NCBI RefSeq assembly: GCF_009914755.1
Contig: NC_060929.1
DNA length: 64,000 nucleotides
Reading direction: 5' to 3' (one strand)
Source: the human T2T-CHM13v2.0 reference genome, Homo sapiens
The notes below the pieces were generated by a model. The model was not told where the DNA came from, made no database searches, and saw nothing but the letters and a program-made list of their open reading frames with translations. Position numbers and translations under genes: made by a program. The first letter of the stretch is position 1. Each line of letters begins with the position of its first letter. This document shows, one piece after another, positions 38,926 through 55,016 of this stretch.

Positions 38926-39252
38926 TCCCCAAGAACAGACTTTGAAATCTTTCCCCATGTTGAGGCCAAGGGCATGTTTACCAGAGGTTGCTCCCAGATA
39001 GGGATTGGGTACGCCAGGGCTACAAACACAAGCTCATTAGTGAGAGATACAGGAGTCTATTGACAGCTGACATTGGCTTAAGGCCTCCCAAATGGCCTTT
39101 CTAAACTTTTCGTAAACTGACCAATGGGCAAGATTTTTTTTTAATTAATCATTTCCTTCTTTCTCCTTTTCCTAGGGTCACACATCATGATCTGATGTTT
39201 CTTCCAGTCATTCTCACTTCTTGGCCATTTTTTTTTCATAGAGATCAATGCA

Positions 39253-42200
39253 AATGGTACCAAGTGGTCTGAAAAAACAGATAGTAAATATGGCGATGTG
39301 AAACTGGCTCACCTGCCAACTGGCAATTGAAAAAAGATGAGATCCTGATTAGTAGATGGGGCATGGAGGAATGGCATGCTGAATTGATAAAAATTTCTCA
39401 TTGATGATGTCCCAGTGGAGAATGCTGTGACAAGTGACAATGCATTTGAAAAATATGGAGGAAACAACTCCTACAAAGGCAGCAAAGTTGGCTGGTTACT
39501 AAACTAAATTTTATTGACAACTGGCAGACAGATAATGAAGGACTCAGTGGTGTTAGCAAGAAGTCAATGGCTAATTGCAAGAGCCAGAAAGCCTTCATGG
39601 GATCTTACAAATAGGCCTTTACCACCTACAGTGAAAGAGCAGATAACACTGGGCTTTAGGCTGAAAATCTAATTGTGAGAGTCATAGGGCTCTAAGACAT
39701 TAGAATACTCAGCCAAGGCAGGATTATTGTAGAAAATATTCCTCCACCAAGACTCCAGTGGAGGAATATCTGGGATCTTGAAAGCAGAGAATCTGAATGA
39801 ATGTTCTGGAGGATGTTGACTCTGTAGACCCCTTTACCATCTGGGCTCACATAGGTGGCGCACTTTTCTGTAGTATTAGCTAGTATTTCTGCTTTGTTGG
39901 AAGAAGCAGTGGAAGTCTCTTTCCCAAAACTATTTCCTCAGGATTTGTTTCTACATTCTTCCCTGATTCTAAGACTTAGAGTTACATCCTAACATAATCT
40001 GGCTAGGGATCTACTGAGCCTGAAAAAGGGGGAAAGTGTTTATACAAATGAGAAACTGCAATAACTAGTTAGCATATACTGGCAAGAACCAGGAAAGTAT
40101 TACTGGAATTAAATTTTGAGTATGCCTAATCAAAGAACAGGGTTGTAAGTCTGGATGAATAAGAATTATTGGCTTGGGGCACTCTAATGGGAACCAGTAT
40201 TTAATGTCCTAGCAAGAATCTTGGGGGATGGAGCAAATTAACCACTGGGTTAGTTCCTAGAAGCTTGGAATAAACAGTGCCTCACACTCAGGGAAATAGA
40301 CATGCCTGAGTTTCCCTGGATGATGGTAGAGGAGGGATTAAAAAGGCAGAGTAAAGTTAGTATGTTGGAATGGGTTTATTATGCAGAAGATACATCACAG
40401 AATAATGTTTCACAAGAAGGCTCAAGGAACACATGATTCACCAAGGCCACCAGTAATGTGCTGGTGTGAAGAACACTAACATTACTAAGAAGTATGATGG
40501 TACTTCTCCTCTGTATATCAAGGCTGATGTGGTCCCAGAGCTGTGCTCGTTATTCATGGAGTTGGAGAATGAATAATCAGATGTAAGAATGACCTTATGG
40601 CAGCATTTAACTTCTAGAAGCTAAGAGGCCACAATTAATGTAATGACTGGTAACCAAGAAGGCTTGACCAGCTGGGAGCTGTGAAATGTTAATAGACAAT
40701 GAAATAACAAAAGAAGGCATAAATGTAGGAGCAAAAATTAAAGAGTGGTTCTTCAATAAAAAGTCATGATCCTCTCTCAAGTGTTCAGACCCGAGGCCAT
40801 TTTTATATCTAGAAAACTTTGGGGAAGAAACACTTTGCAACATCACTGCAAGTGTATCTCTAATTATATCCCTAATTTTTCTCAAGGGAATCTACAGCCA
40901 TTTATACATGTGAACTCAAACTGGGAAAAGGAGTCTAAACCCAGACACTTTTAGGACTATGGGAAGCAGGTTCAGAGTTGGCATTGAAATCTATAGACCC
41001 AACCATCATCATGGTTCCTGTGTTGGCGTGGATGTATATAAGGTCCAGATAATAAATGAAAACCTGGTTCATAATGGGTCCACTGGGTCCCAGATCCATC
41101 TAGTCATCATCTCTCTAATCCCCAAATGCATAATTAAAATCAGTCTATTTGGCAATTGGATTAATTGTTTCATTCATGGTCTATAGAGGAAGAACTATCA
41201 TTAGACGAGGACGACCAAATGGAAACTTCTGAAACTGCCTTTCTAGGACAACACAGTAAATAGAAAACCCTATGAAATCCCAGCGGGATGGCAGGGATTA
41301 ATGCCACGAATGAAGACTTAAACCTTGCAGAGCAGTGGTCTCTATAATATCTTTGCTTAATTAGCCAGTCTGACCCATTTGCAATTTGTCAGACTGGAGA
41401 ATGATTTCAGACTACCATGGACTTACCCAAAGAGTACACCCTGTCACATCTACTAGGTCAGATGTGGTATTACTCCTTGAACAGATTAATAATACCTTGG
41501 GTACAGACTACGCCACTACTGATTTGGTGTATGTTATTTTCTCTTCCAATTAAAAGAGGATCCAAAACAGTTTGTATTCATATGAAACAAACAGCAATAT
41601 TTAGTGACAGTGTTATCTCAGGGCCTTCTTAACATTCTGGCCCTTTGTCACAACATAGTTCCAAGAGATCTGGACTGCATAAGCATTCTACCAAAAATGG
41701 TACTGATCTATTACATTAATGATATCATGCTGATTGGACACAATGAGCAAGAAGTGACTAGTTAACTGGAAGCATTGGTAAAACACAGGTATTCCAAAGC
41801 ATGAAAGTTAAATCCTGTGAAAATTTAGGGAATAGTCACATCAGTGAGATTTATTAGTTGGTGGCCAAGAGTATGCTTGAATATTCTCTCCAAAGTAAGA
41901 CACCTTTCTGCATTTTGCATACACTACCACCATGAAAGAGGCCATCTATGGTGCCTGGCGTACTCTTTGGAGGCTGGAGGCACATATAGCAAGTGACGCA
42001 GAGGCTACCCACTTAAATAGAACCTGGAGTGGGAAAGGCTACTGCAGTAATTTTAGGCAGTAGTGCAAGCTGCCTTGTCATCTAGCCTAAGCAATTCGTC
42101 AAGTGCTGTGATGTTACAAGTGTTACTGGTGGGAAAAGATGCAGTGTGGAGCGTGTGGCAACACCAAGTGAGAGAGTCACAGAGTAGTCCCTAGGATTCT

Positions 42201-44778
42201 GGAGCAAAACCATGCCATTCAAAGCAAATAATTACATGCCCTCTCAGAAAGAGCACTTAGCTTTGCTGAGCCCTAATGGGGGTGGCTTAATCCTGGACAT
42301 AAAGTGACCATGCATCTGTAACTTTCTATTATCATCTGGATTCTTTTGGGCCCACTACATCATAAAATTGGTGGGGACAACATCCGTTCATTGTAAGATG
42401 AACATAGTACATCTAAGATCGAGTCTAAGCAGGACCAGAGGGCATTAGTAGATTTTTATGTCACATATTGCCAGTTCTGTTCCCCTGACTTGCACCTATA
42501 TCAATATGGGAGATCCAGTATAACCAACTCTAAGGGAAGGGAAAAAGCCTGAACTTGATTTATGGATGGATAAGTGAGTTCCTGGATGCAAGCCAGAACT
42601 GGATGTTGGCTGCAGTGGAGCCACTTTCAGGGGTGATCCTGAGAGACAGTGGGGAGAAAAAAAATCATCCCATGAGTAGTGCCAAGAGGAGTGCACCAAG
42701 TTATGTACTTTGTATCAAAGACAAGTGGCTTGTGATATTTAATTTTAATGTGTTAACTTGTCTGGGCTAGGGCATGCCGAGATGGGTGATTAAATATTAT
42801 TTCTGGCATATCTGTGAGTTTATTTCCATAAGAGATTAACGTTTGAATTCATAGACAGTAAAAAGATTGCCCTTACCAATGCGGGTCACTATCATCAAAT
42901 TTGCTGAGGACTGGAATAGAACGGAAAGGTGAAGTAAGGGAAAATTTGTTCTATGCTTGAGCTGCGACTTCCATCTTCCCCTGTTTTGGGACATTGGTGT
43001 TCTTGGGCCTTAAGGCTATGACTGAGACTTACACTGGTGGTTTCCCAGGCCTTTGGGTTTGGAGTGGAACTACATTACTGGCCTTCCTGGTTCTCCAGCT
43101 TATTGACAGACCGTGGGACTCCTTAGCCTCCACTATCATGTGAGCCAACCCTTTGTAATAAGTCTCTTCCTATTTATCACTCTATCTATCTATCTAATCT
43201 CCTATTGGTTTTGTTTTCCTGAGGAACCCTAATACATACATATGGTAAAAACATATATAGATTATTGGGAAGTGGTAAATGGCCTTGTCTTCTGCTCAAT
43301 AGCCCAGAAGTTAAAAAGGCTAGAATATCAGAGATAAGCAGGTCTGTTATGTGGACAGAGATGTAGAAGTGGGCACAACATGTGAAGATTGTTTATATTA
43401 CATATCATTGACCACAAAAAAGTATCTACCATGGTAGATGCATTGAAAAATTGACACAGCCAGTTTTTTCATTGAATACCCTAGAATCTGCATGACAAAC
43501 ACAGAGATAGAGTGGCTATAGTGGCATAGATTAAGATATTAAGTATTTCCTCCCACTTATGAAGGTTAATCTAGCTATTGCTGCCTTGAAATGTTAATAA
43601 TAAAAAAATTGAGCTTCCAATATAACACTATTCACTATTCCTCAAGGAGACCAGCTTGCCATTTAGTAGAATTGACCATTTGGAATGCCTCTCCTTCTAG
43701 AAGGGTCAGGAATTTATACTCACAGAGTTACCTATTTCAGGCATGAATTTACTTCACTTGTTTGTATAATCTCAGTTATCGTCACTGTCTAATTGTTTAT
43801 GTAATCCTAATTCACACAAGTATGAAATCCCACACAGTATGGCATCTAATTAGCGGACCTACTTCACACTAAAGGAGATTGGGAGTGGGACGTTATGCTG
43901 GGATTTACTGCAGGTATCACATACTACACTTCCTAGAAACAACCAGCCTTATAGAATGCTGGCATGGCCTCCTAAAGACACAGCTCACTTCTAAAGTGCC
44001 ATCCCAGAGAAAAGCCTCTGAAATCATGGGACGGCCTTGTAGAGGATGCGGTGCATTTGTTAAATCAGAGGCAACTATGGTTCTTTGAGCCTTAAAAAGG
44101 TAGACTCTATGGATACAGAAACCAAGGGTTAGAAGCAGGAGAGGCCCTATTTACCATTATTACGGTCATTTACCATCATCCTGAATGAAAATTTTTTCTT
44201 CCCTTCTGTACTTAGATGAAGGTCTCAGTCTCAAAAAAAAAACGGGACACTCTCAAGGCAGAGGACAAAGCAAGGATCCCAATGACCACAGTATACCTTG
44301 GAATCCTTGTGCTCAGAGACCCGCAAGTAAGTAGAAAAGACATTATACTGGTAAGGGTAATTTATGCTTATCAGCAGGAGGAGGTAAGACTATTAAAGAG
44401 AGCAGGGCGGAAAATGTGTAGAGCCTAGGTGACCCACTGGGGCAACTTCTGATACTCCTTTGCCCCACTGTAATCGTAAACTACAGTTTGCAGCAACTCA
44501 AAATTGAGAAATGAGTGATTATCAAGGGTTCACACCTTTTAGCTATCATTTACCAAGGAGAAAGGAATTTAGAATGGATAATGGAGGAGGAAAAGGACAA
44601 GTACCAGCTGTGGCCCCGGAATTAACTGAGGGACAGGGGTTATATCGATCACCTCCCACTTGGGAATTTCAACTTACAAATAAAAGCTGATTGGAATATA
44701 TAGAAGAGTTGCTCTCTGAAGCTGTGTAGAGAAGATCTTCCCAGAGAAGTAGATCTTGGAGGTGCAAGGAGTGAACTC
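39253..44778 (+). mobile_element. ERV-L-class internal region (gag-pro-pol-dUTPase remnants), heavily decayed
   Basis: PBS-like TGGTACCAAGTGGT at ~39255; protease QTLLGLWEAGSELAL at ~40942 (cf. GLLDTGSELTL); RT WRMISDY at ~41395 and LIYYINDIMLIG at ~41703 (cf. YIDD); integrase YHILHFLETTSLIECWHGLLKTQL (ORF 43879-44088); dUTPase-like VIYAYQQEEVRLL and GDPLGQLLILPCP at ~44360-44470; PPT-like GCAAGGAGTGAAC at ~44764. No env seen. Confidence 0.88.
42731..43236 (+). mobile_element. MLT2 (C/D-like) ERVL solo LTR inserted in the pol region of the provirus
   Basis: TGTGATATTTAATTTTAATGTGTTAACTTG...GGTTCTCCAGCTT...GGGACTCCTTAGCCTCCA...GTGAGCCAA...CCTATTGGTTTTGTT...GAACCCTAATACA. Confidence 0.85.
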
Positions 44779-45423
44779 TTGCAGTGTAGAGGTGTATGCA
44801 AACTTCTTAAAGGGCTAGAGTATAAGCTTGTGGGACATACAGGTTCTTCTGCAACTACTTAACTCTGCTATTGTAGTGTGCAAGTAGATATAGATAATAC
44901 GTAAATGAATAGGTGTGCCTGTGTCCAATAATATTTTATTTACAGAAACAGGAATTCTGCCCACTGGTTATAGTTTGCCAATTTCTTATCTTCAAAATGC
45001 CCCTCTTAGACCTTCAACCACAGGGGCCTTAATTAACCAAGAACTCAGCTGCTGTGCTCTGAAACCCATTTTCTTGTTTTGGCAAAGGGCAGACTTCCTA
45101 TGGCTGTTCCCAGATGGTGACAAAACATAGCAGGGATACCTAATAAGACCATTTTCTTGGGGGTCACAGGACTCATCTGGCAGCTGATTTTGGCTTGAGG
45201 GCTCCTTGATAACCTTGCCAATACTTCCATAGACCTCATAGAAATCCAAGATGGCTCTACCCAACATTTTTCCCTTTCTCCTGTACTAAGGGTCAGAACG
45301 GTTACTGGGTCTGATTGCTTTCTCAGACTAATAGACACCCTCCCCATTTTCTCTCACATGTAAAATCTTGGCACATATACTTCTTTCTCAGCATATGCTT
45401 CTTTGAGTGCCTGGACTAATACA
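44779..45423 (+). mobile_element. 3' LTR (LTR33-like) of the ERV-L provirus
   Basis: Follows the PPT-like tract; CAGCTGCTGTGCTCTGAAACCC...AAAATCTTGGCACAT...CTTCTTTGAGTGCCTGGACTAATACA terminus. Confidence 0.7.
44788..44988. mobile_element. MER58A MITE inserted at the start of the 3' LTR
   Basis: GCAAACTTCTTAAAGGGCTAGA...GCAACTACTTAACTCTGCTATTGTAG...TGTGTCCAATAATATTTTATTTACAGAAACAGG...TAGTTTGCCAA. Confidence 0.78.
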
Positions 45424-46427
45424 ACAGAAAATCTGATCTTCTGTCACTATTTACAAAGGAAGGGGAAGATCCCACTCAACCTCCACTCTACAGGAACAGG
45501 ATGCTCTTCTCTTGTTGCTGCAATCCAGAGTCCTCAGTTTGGGGCTGGATTGTGTGAATTTTGTTTCCACTTCCAATAGGGTTAACCATCATGTTCAGTA
45601 GTTAGGGTGAGAGGGAAATCTTAAATAATATATAACTTTCTATATTAATATTTCAACCACCTGGTTGAGCTGCTTCTCTTATTCCTTGGCAAAGACCGCA
45701 AAAAGATTGTACAGGAAAGGCATTCGGGGCAGAAAATTAATTCCTAGTTAAAAAGGGCCAGCGCTGCCACAAGCAAACAATTTTTTTCTTTTTTCTTTCT
45801 TTCTTTCATGATAACCCTTTGGCTACAGATCATGCAGGCTTTCTAAAGAAGCAGCTGCTCAGATAATAACCTTTGGCCATGATGCAACCAATTAATTACT
45901 GTGCCATCCCATAAAAGGCTCTGCAGAGCCATGTTGTCTTTTGCATATTAGTTGTCTCAAAATTTTGGTAATATCCCAATAAGCTAACCTCAAATACAAA
46001 TTTACAAATCAACATTTTCTACTGCCTTGCCTCCAAAGTTCAATTATCTATAAAGCATTTGATATGTGTAGATGAGTGAGGCTATGGACTTGCCAAACAT
46101 ATTTGTGATTGCATGACACATGAAAGTAAGCACTCTGTTGGTTCACAGAAGCATGAACTGATAAAGTGGTTATACACACACACAGACACATGTGCAAACA
46201 TATAGTCTTCATGTAAACCTTTGGTAAATGGTATGGTGACATTATGTATTAACATGGAAATATGAGACATTCAGAATGCATATGGCTGGTCTGAAGATTT
46301 TTTTTATTCTATCATCCATACCCAGAACTCAAGTTTAAACTTTTTTCTATCATTGTGGTTTTACTTCTTTATATGATATTTTAATAACATTGCATAATTT
46401 AGGACTCAGAAATGCAGCAGATACCAT

Positions 46428-46588
46428 AGGGAAGATCTTTACAAACTTCAATGTAAACAGAAATCACCTCACCAAATGCATATTTTTATATTCAGTAGGT
46501 CTGAAGTGAGCACTAGGATTGCATTTCTAACCTAGCTGACAGGTGCTGTAGGTACTGCTATTCTGTGAACCACACTTTGAGTAGCAAG
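46428..46588. mobile_element. MER5A hAT-Charlie MITE
   Basis: ATTCAGTAGGTCTGAAGTGAG...TTGCATTTCTAAC...ACCACACTTTGAGTAGCAAG. Confidence 0.75.
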
Positions 46589-46589
46589 A

Positions 46590-47515
46590 CTGCAATAACT
46601 GTTCTATTTGTGCCTTTGTCTCTCCAATTTCCCCTGCCAGTGATTGGTTAGAGGCAATCATGACAGAGTTCTTACTAATGAGATTTGAGGGAGAACTGCT
46701 AGAGCAGTGGTCTGCAAGATTTTTGGCACCAGGGACAGGTTTTATGGGAAGACAATTTTTCCTTGAACCAGGGGTGAGGGAATGGTGTCAGGATAATTTA
46801 AGTGCATGACATTTATTGTGCATTTTATTTCTATTATTATTACCTTGTAATATATAATGAAATAATTATACAATTCACCATAACGTAGAAACAGTGGGAA
46901 CCCAGAGCTTGTTTTCCTCAAACTAGATGGTCCCATCTGGGGGCGATGGGAGACAGTGACAGATCATCAGGCATTAGATTCTCATAAGGAGTGTACAACC
47001 TAGATCCCTCGCATGTGCAGTTCACAGTAGGGTTTGTGCTCCTGTGAGAATCTAGTGCCACTGTTGATCTGATAGGACACAGAGCTCAGGAGGTAATGTG
47101 AGAGAAGGGGAGTGGCTGTAAATAGAGATGAAGTTTCACTCACCCACTCACCTCCTGCTGTGAGACCCAGTTCCCAACAGGCCACGGACTGATACTGGTC
47201 CATGGCCCTGGGGTTGGAGACCCCTGTGCTAGAGGGCTCCTGGGAAAGTAGTTCTCACACCTAAAAAGAAGACACTACAAGGTAAAATCTTATTTGTTTT
47301 TGTATGCTCTTATTTCTGGATGTGATGACTGAAATTATTGCCAGTATCTTGCAACAATCCTGTGGATGAAGCCAGCACAGGGAAAAGGTCAAAACCAAGA
47401 TAAAAGCAGAAAACCTAAGCAATATGACTGCAGTCATCCTGTCTTTGGACTTCCTATTTGAGATAATTGTCTTATTGTTTAAGACAATTTAAGCCATGTT
47501 TTGAAAGTTACCTCG
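46590..47515 (+). mobile_element. Old MLT1J-like MaLR LTR split by MER1A
   Basis: CCAGTGATTGGTTAG...CATGACAGAGTTC...AATGAGATTTGAGGGAG before MER1A; TGGACTTCCTATTTGAGATAA...TTGTTTAAG after it. Confidence 0.55.
46705..47226. mobile_element. MER1A hAT-Charlie DNA transposon with perfect 8-bp TSD
   Basis: CAGTGGTC...TTTTTGGCACCAGGGAC to GGGGTTGGAGACCCCTG, 522 bp; TSD TGCTAGAG at 46697-46704 and 47227-47234. Confidence 0.93.
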
Positions 47516-47559
47516 ACTACAGAGAGAAATTTAGAAATCACCTTTGCTCCACCCTGTGT

Positions 47560-47720
47560 TATCTGTACCTAGGTTTATGCTCTTGGACATGGTTTGGTTT
47601 TCTCATTTATAAAATGGGCATGATAATACTAGTAACCACCATATAGGATTGTTGTGATTTTTAGATGGGATTTTTTGTGTTAACCATTTAGTGTGTGGAA
47701 TATACTGCATGTTCCATAAG
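47560..47720. mobile_element. MIR SINE fragment
   Basis: GGTTTTCTCATTTATAAAATGGGCATGATAATA...CATATAGGATTGTTGTGA. Confidence 0.65.
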
Positions 47721-48307
47721 CAAACCAAAGAAAAAAAGATTGCCCAGATTCAAATTGTGTACTTCTAGTGTTGGGAAACTCACTAACTCATGTGACAGCC
47801 TATTGTTATGCACTCTCCATTGTTCAAAAATGATTTTTTGTTGAGCTAAAAGATCTGTTTTCCTCTTCCTTTCAGCCTTTAATCCTAGCTCTGACCTCTG
47901 AGGCACAGGAAATAAGTATAACCCTCTTGTCCATGACAGTCCTGAAAGGATTTACAAATAGTTTTCATGACCTACTGCTAAATCTTCTCTTTCCTGGGTA
48001 AACCACCTCAGGTATTTCAAATGTTTCTCACATGTCATGGTTCCTATTCTTTTCTATTCTGGTCCTTTTTGGTCCTTCTTTGTTTTAGCTAAAGACTACA
48101 TACTTAATGGTACTTTTTGTTCTAATCAGAACTGTAGCTCACAATTCTATTTCTAAGACTAAAATTCATGCATTGCTTATATACAATTATCTACTTAATT
48201 GATTTAAATTGTCCAGTGTCCTGTTTGCACATCCTCTATGTTTATTAGTTCTCAAGTGGGCTGCATTAAATTGGGTATGCACTGAGGGCAAACAACATCT
48301 ACCATCA

Positions 48308-48430
48308 AAGTGTATATTTCTGGTTTGCCCCTGACAATCTTGTTTTATTCCCGCACTCTTACTGTAATTAACTCTCATTTTTACTTTAAAGGTGTCTTTA
48401 TGTAGAGGATAAATGATGTCATCACCCTAG
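48308..48430. mobile_element. MER94-like hAT-Blackjack MITE
   Basis: CTGGTTTGCCCCTGACAATC...GGATAAATGATGTCATCACCCT resembles MER94. Confidence 0.5.
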
Positions 48431-50349
48431 TTCTAAGCTATAAATAGATTTTTAATACTAGTTCTTGATTGATCCTTCAAAAGCTGTTCACTTTTAGTTA
48501 ATGACTAAGAGTTCTCATTTCTAGAGGATTTACAATTTATAGAGCAAATAATGTGGTTTGTCAACTCTAATATTTTCTAAGTAAATCTTCTATTGTACCA
48601 AGTACAGGTTCCAGACCTTCTTATAACCTCTTCACCTTTCAGTAATCTCAATTTGGTGGGGTTTTTTTTTTTCAATTTGGCTCAGTAGTTAGTAAATGGG
48701 ATGCCAATTGATCCTCATACCGGTTTATATAATATACTATCTTGAGACTACTTCAGAAATACAAACATAAATAAGAGAATCTTCCATTCACCCAGGAAAT
48801 GGCTATGGCAGACAGGAAAAGGCAAAACAAAACCTGATGACTAATAAAGGATGTTAGTCTAGAAGAAAAGTCTCCTTTACTCTGTGTTAATTGTTAAATA
48901 AACCATGAAGAAGGCACCCTTTATTTAGGTGAAGCGTTCCACTTAACGTACTGGGGAGATCATTGAGGTGGCATTTATGTCTATGTTAGAACTTGAATTT
49001 CCAGAAAACTTTCCAACAGGCTGAAACTGTCAACTTTATGTAGATGAAAAGTGTCAAGTTGAATTCCATTGTGAGCAGTGCAGAAGGGTTAGTGTGCAGT
49101 GTGAATGAGACAGTATGATGTCCTTATCAGACACCTGATTTTTGCTTCTAATGAACAAATCACCACAGTATTATGTCAGAATGAGACTTTGACTTTCGAA
49201 GAGGATAGAAAATTGTGATTCAAGTGAGTGTTTTGCCTAAGAAATAAATATACAGTAAATGGGAAATGTCGCGCCATTAAGTTCTTCTCAGCAAAAGATC
49301 CACTTTTTTTTTTCCTTATTCTTACCCAGTATTCAAAATAGTGGAATAGAATTCCTGTTTTTTTCTTTGAGACAGGCAATGGAATGGAAATGGAGATACG
49401 AGAATCAACTTCTCATTAGTAATTTGAACACATATTGAATTGTGTTCTTATGTAAATAGAGCTAACACACTGATTCTGATGTTTTATGGTTAACAAAAAA
49501 TTTTCAAGAAAATCAAACTGTTTATTTTATTATACTTAAAATTTGCTTTTAAAAATATGATTGTAACAATGTTTTTGGTTTTCTTTTTTCTTTCCTTTGC
49601 ATTGTTTTTAGTAGGTGACTGTATTCTAAAACTTGGGCAGAATATAAGATCTATTTTACTTTTATATTTTAGAAAAATGTTTACATTACATGGTAAAACT
49701 TTCAGAATTCCCTTCAATGGCTGAATTTGATTTTAAGCCCTTGTTCTGCTTGCCACTGTGACAATTCTTCTGAAATGCATAAACTTTTGTCAGATATTTA
49801 TGAGAATTTGTGTGGAAATTAAGCATCACCCTGTCTCTGGGTAAACTCTCCAATCCCTGAAGTTTAGACAGACTATGATTCAATAAAGCAGGATTGCAAC
49901 ATCCGCACACTCTGAATGATCAGACAAGCTACATAAAAAAAAAGACCATATAGTTGTCAACAGACTTAAGGTAGTGTCAACCTCTGAATCCAATGAAAAT
50001 ACAAACTCCAGGGTTTCAAGAAAACAGTGCAAATTTTTGTAGATTTTTCATGGTACTATGTCTAATTTATTTTTTTTTAAGTTAGTAAAAGTTAGGCCTG
50101 AGGTATTGCCAGCCCAGTCCATAGTACGGGAAAGATGTGAAAGTGGGTTTTATCTAGGAGGGCAATCTCCAGTGAATGGCCTGGCTAGGCGTTTGTTTGG
50201 ACAGGGCTCCAGGAAGCAATGAGGTGCCCCTATCAATGGGCAGAGCATGGCAATAGGGTTCTAGGGTGGGCAATAAAACCAGAGCCTCAGAGGCAATATT
50301 TGGTTTAGAAGAATGTGTTTGGAGTTAGAACTTAGTTATGCCAAACTAC

Positions 50350-50475
50350 TTACCTCGTTGAGCAATCATTCTCTCATCTAACAAAATGCTGATAATAGAA
50401 TCTCCTTTATAAGGATTAATTGAATTATGTATGTAAAGCTCTAGGATTTTGCCTAGCTCAATGCTTAATAAATGG
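50350..50475. mobile_element. MIR SINE fragment
   Basis: TCTCATCTAACAAAATGCTGATAATAG...TATGTAAAGC...TGCTTAATAAATGGCA. Confidence 0.55.
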
Positions 50476-50593
50476 CAATTCCCTTCTGCCCTCAAGGAAG
50501 GATATTGGTAAGGGAGATGCAGAGTTCCAGTCATCAGAAATGAGTGAATTAATCTAAAAATCCAAGTCATTAGAATGTTTGCATGAAATACTG

Positions 50594-50762
50594 CCAAGGC
50601 TAGCTGCATAATTTGGGGGAACAGTACAAAATGCAAATAACTTTTTCAAAAATTATTTAGAATTTCAAGACAGTTGTAGCAGAATCAAATCAAGAACTGT
50701 GCCCTTCAAAACATAAGAGTCCTGTGCAACGTGCAGGTTATACACCCATGAAGTCCGCCTTG
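50594..50762 (+). mobile_element. MER45A hAT-Tip100 MITE
   Basis: CAAGGCTAGCTGCATAATTTGGGGG...TGCAGGTTATACACCCATGAAGTCCGCCTTG. Confidence 0.7.
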
Positions 50763-51126
50763 ATTACTGCAATTATTTCCTATTTTTCTTGCATTCATCT
50801 TGTTCCTCTATAATCCATTCTTCCCACATCAGAAGAGGTGACCTTTTTTTTTAATCTGTCAAATTTTTTTATTTTTATTTGTTTACATTTTCTTTTTTTT
50901 ATTTTTTATTTTATTTATTATTATTACACTTTAAGTTTTAGGCTACATGTGCACAATGTGCTGGTTAGTTACATACGTATACATGCGCCATGCTGGTGTG
51001 CTGCACCCACTAACTCATTATCTAGCATTAGGTGTATCTCCCAGTGCTATCCCTCCCCCCGCCCTCCACCCCACAACAGTCCCCAGAGTGTGATGCTCCC
51101 CTTCCTGTGTCCATGTGTTCTCATTT

Positions 51127-54968
<3,842 letters not shown>

Positions 54969-55016
54969 TTATTTTGCTCGTTAGTTGATGCAGTTTCTTC
55001 CTAGTGTTGATGGTCT

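Larger units (their letters stand above)
37507..39252 (+). mobile_element. Putative 5' LTR (LTR33-like) of an ERV-L provirus, fragmented by THE1 and MER45B
   Basis: Segments 37895-37946 (CCTTCAACTATAG...TAATTCACCAAGGA) and 38926-39250 (GCTCCCAGAT...CAGCTGACATTGGCTTAAGG) are collinear with the 3' LTR at 44990-45423 (CCTTCAACCACAG...TAATTAACCAAGAA; GTTCCCAGAT...CAGCTGATTTTGGCTTGAGG). Start coordinate approximate. Confidence 0.6.

Noticed and set aside
39253-44778. Domesticated ERV-L gag or pol gene
   Set aside because: No long ORF; protease DTG, RT YIDD and dUTPase motifs are mutated and pol is interrupted by MLT2.
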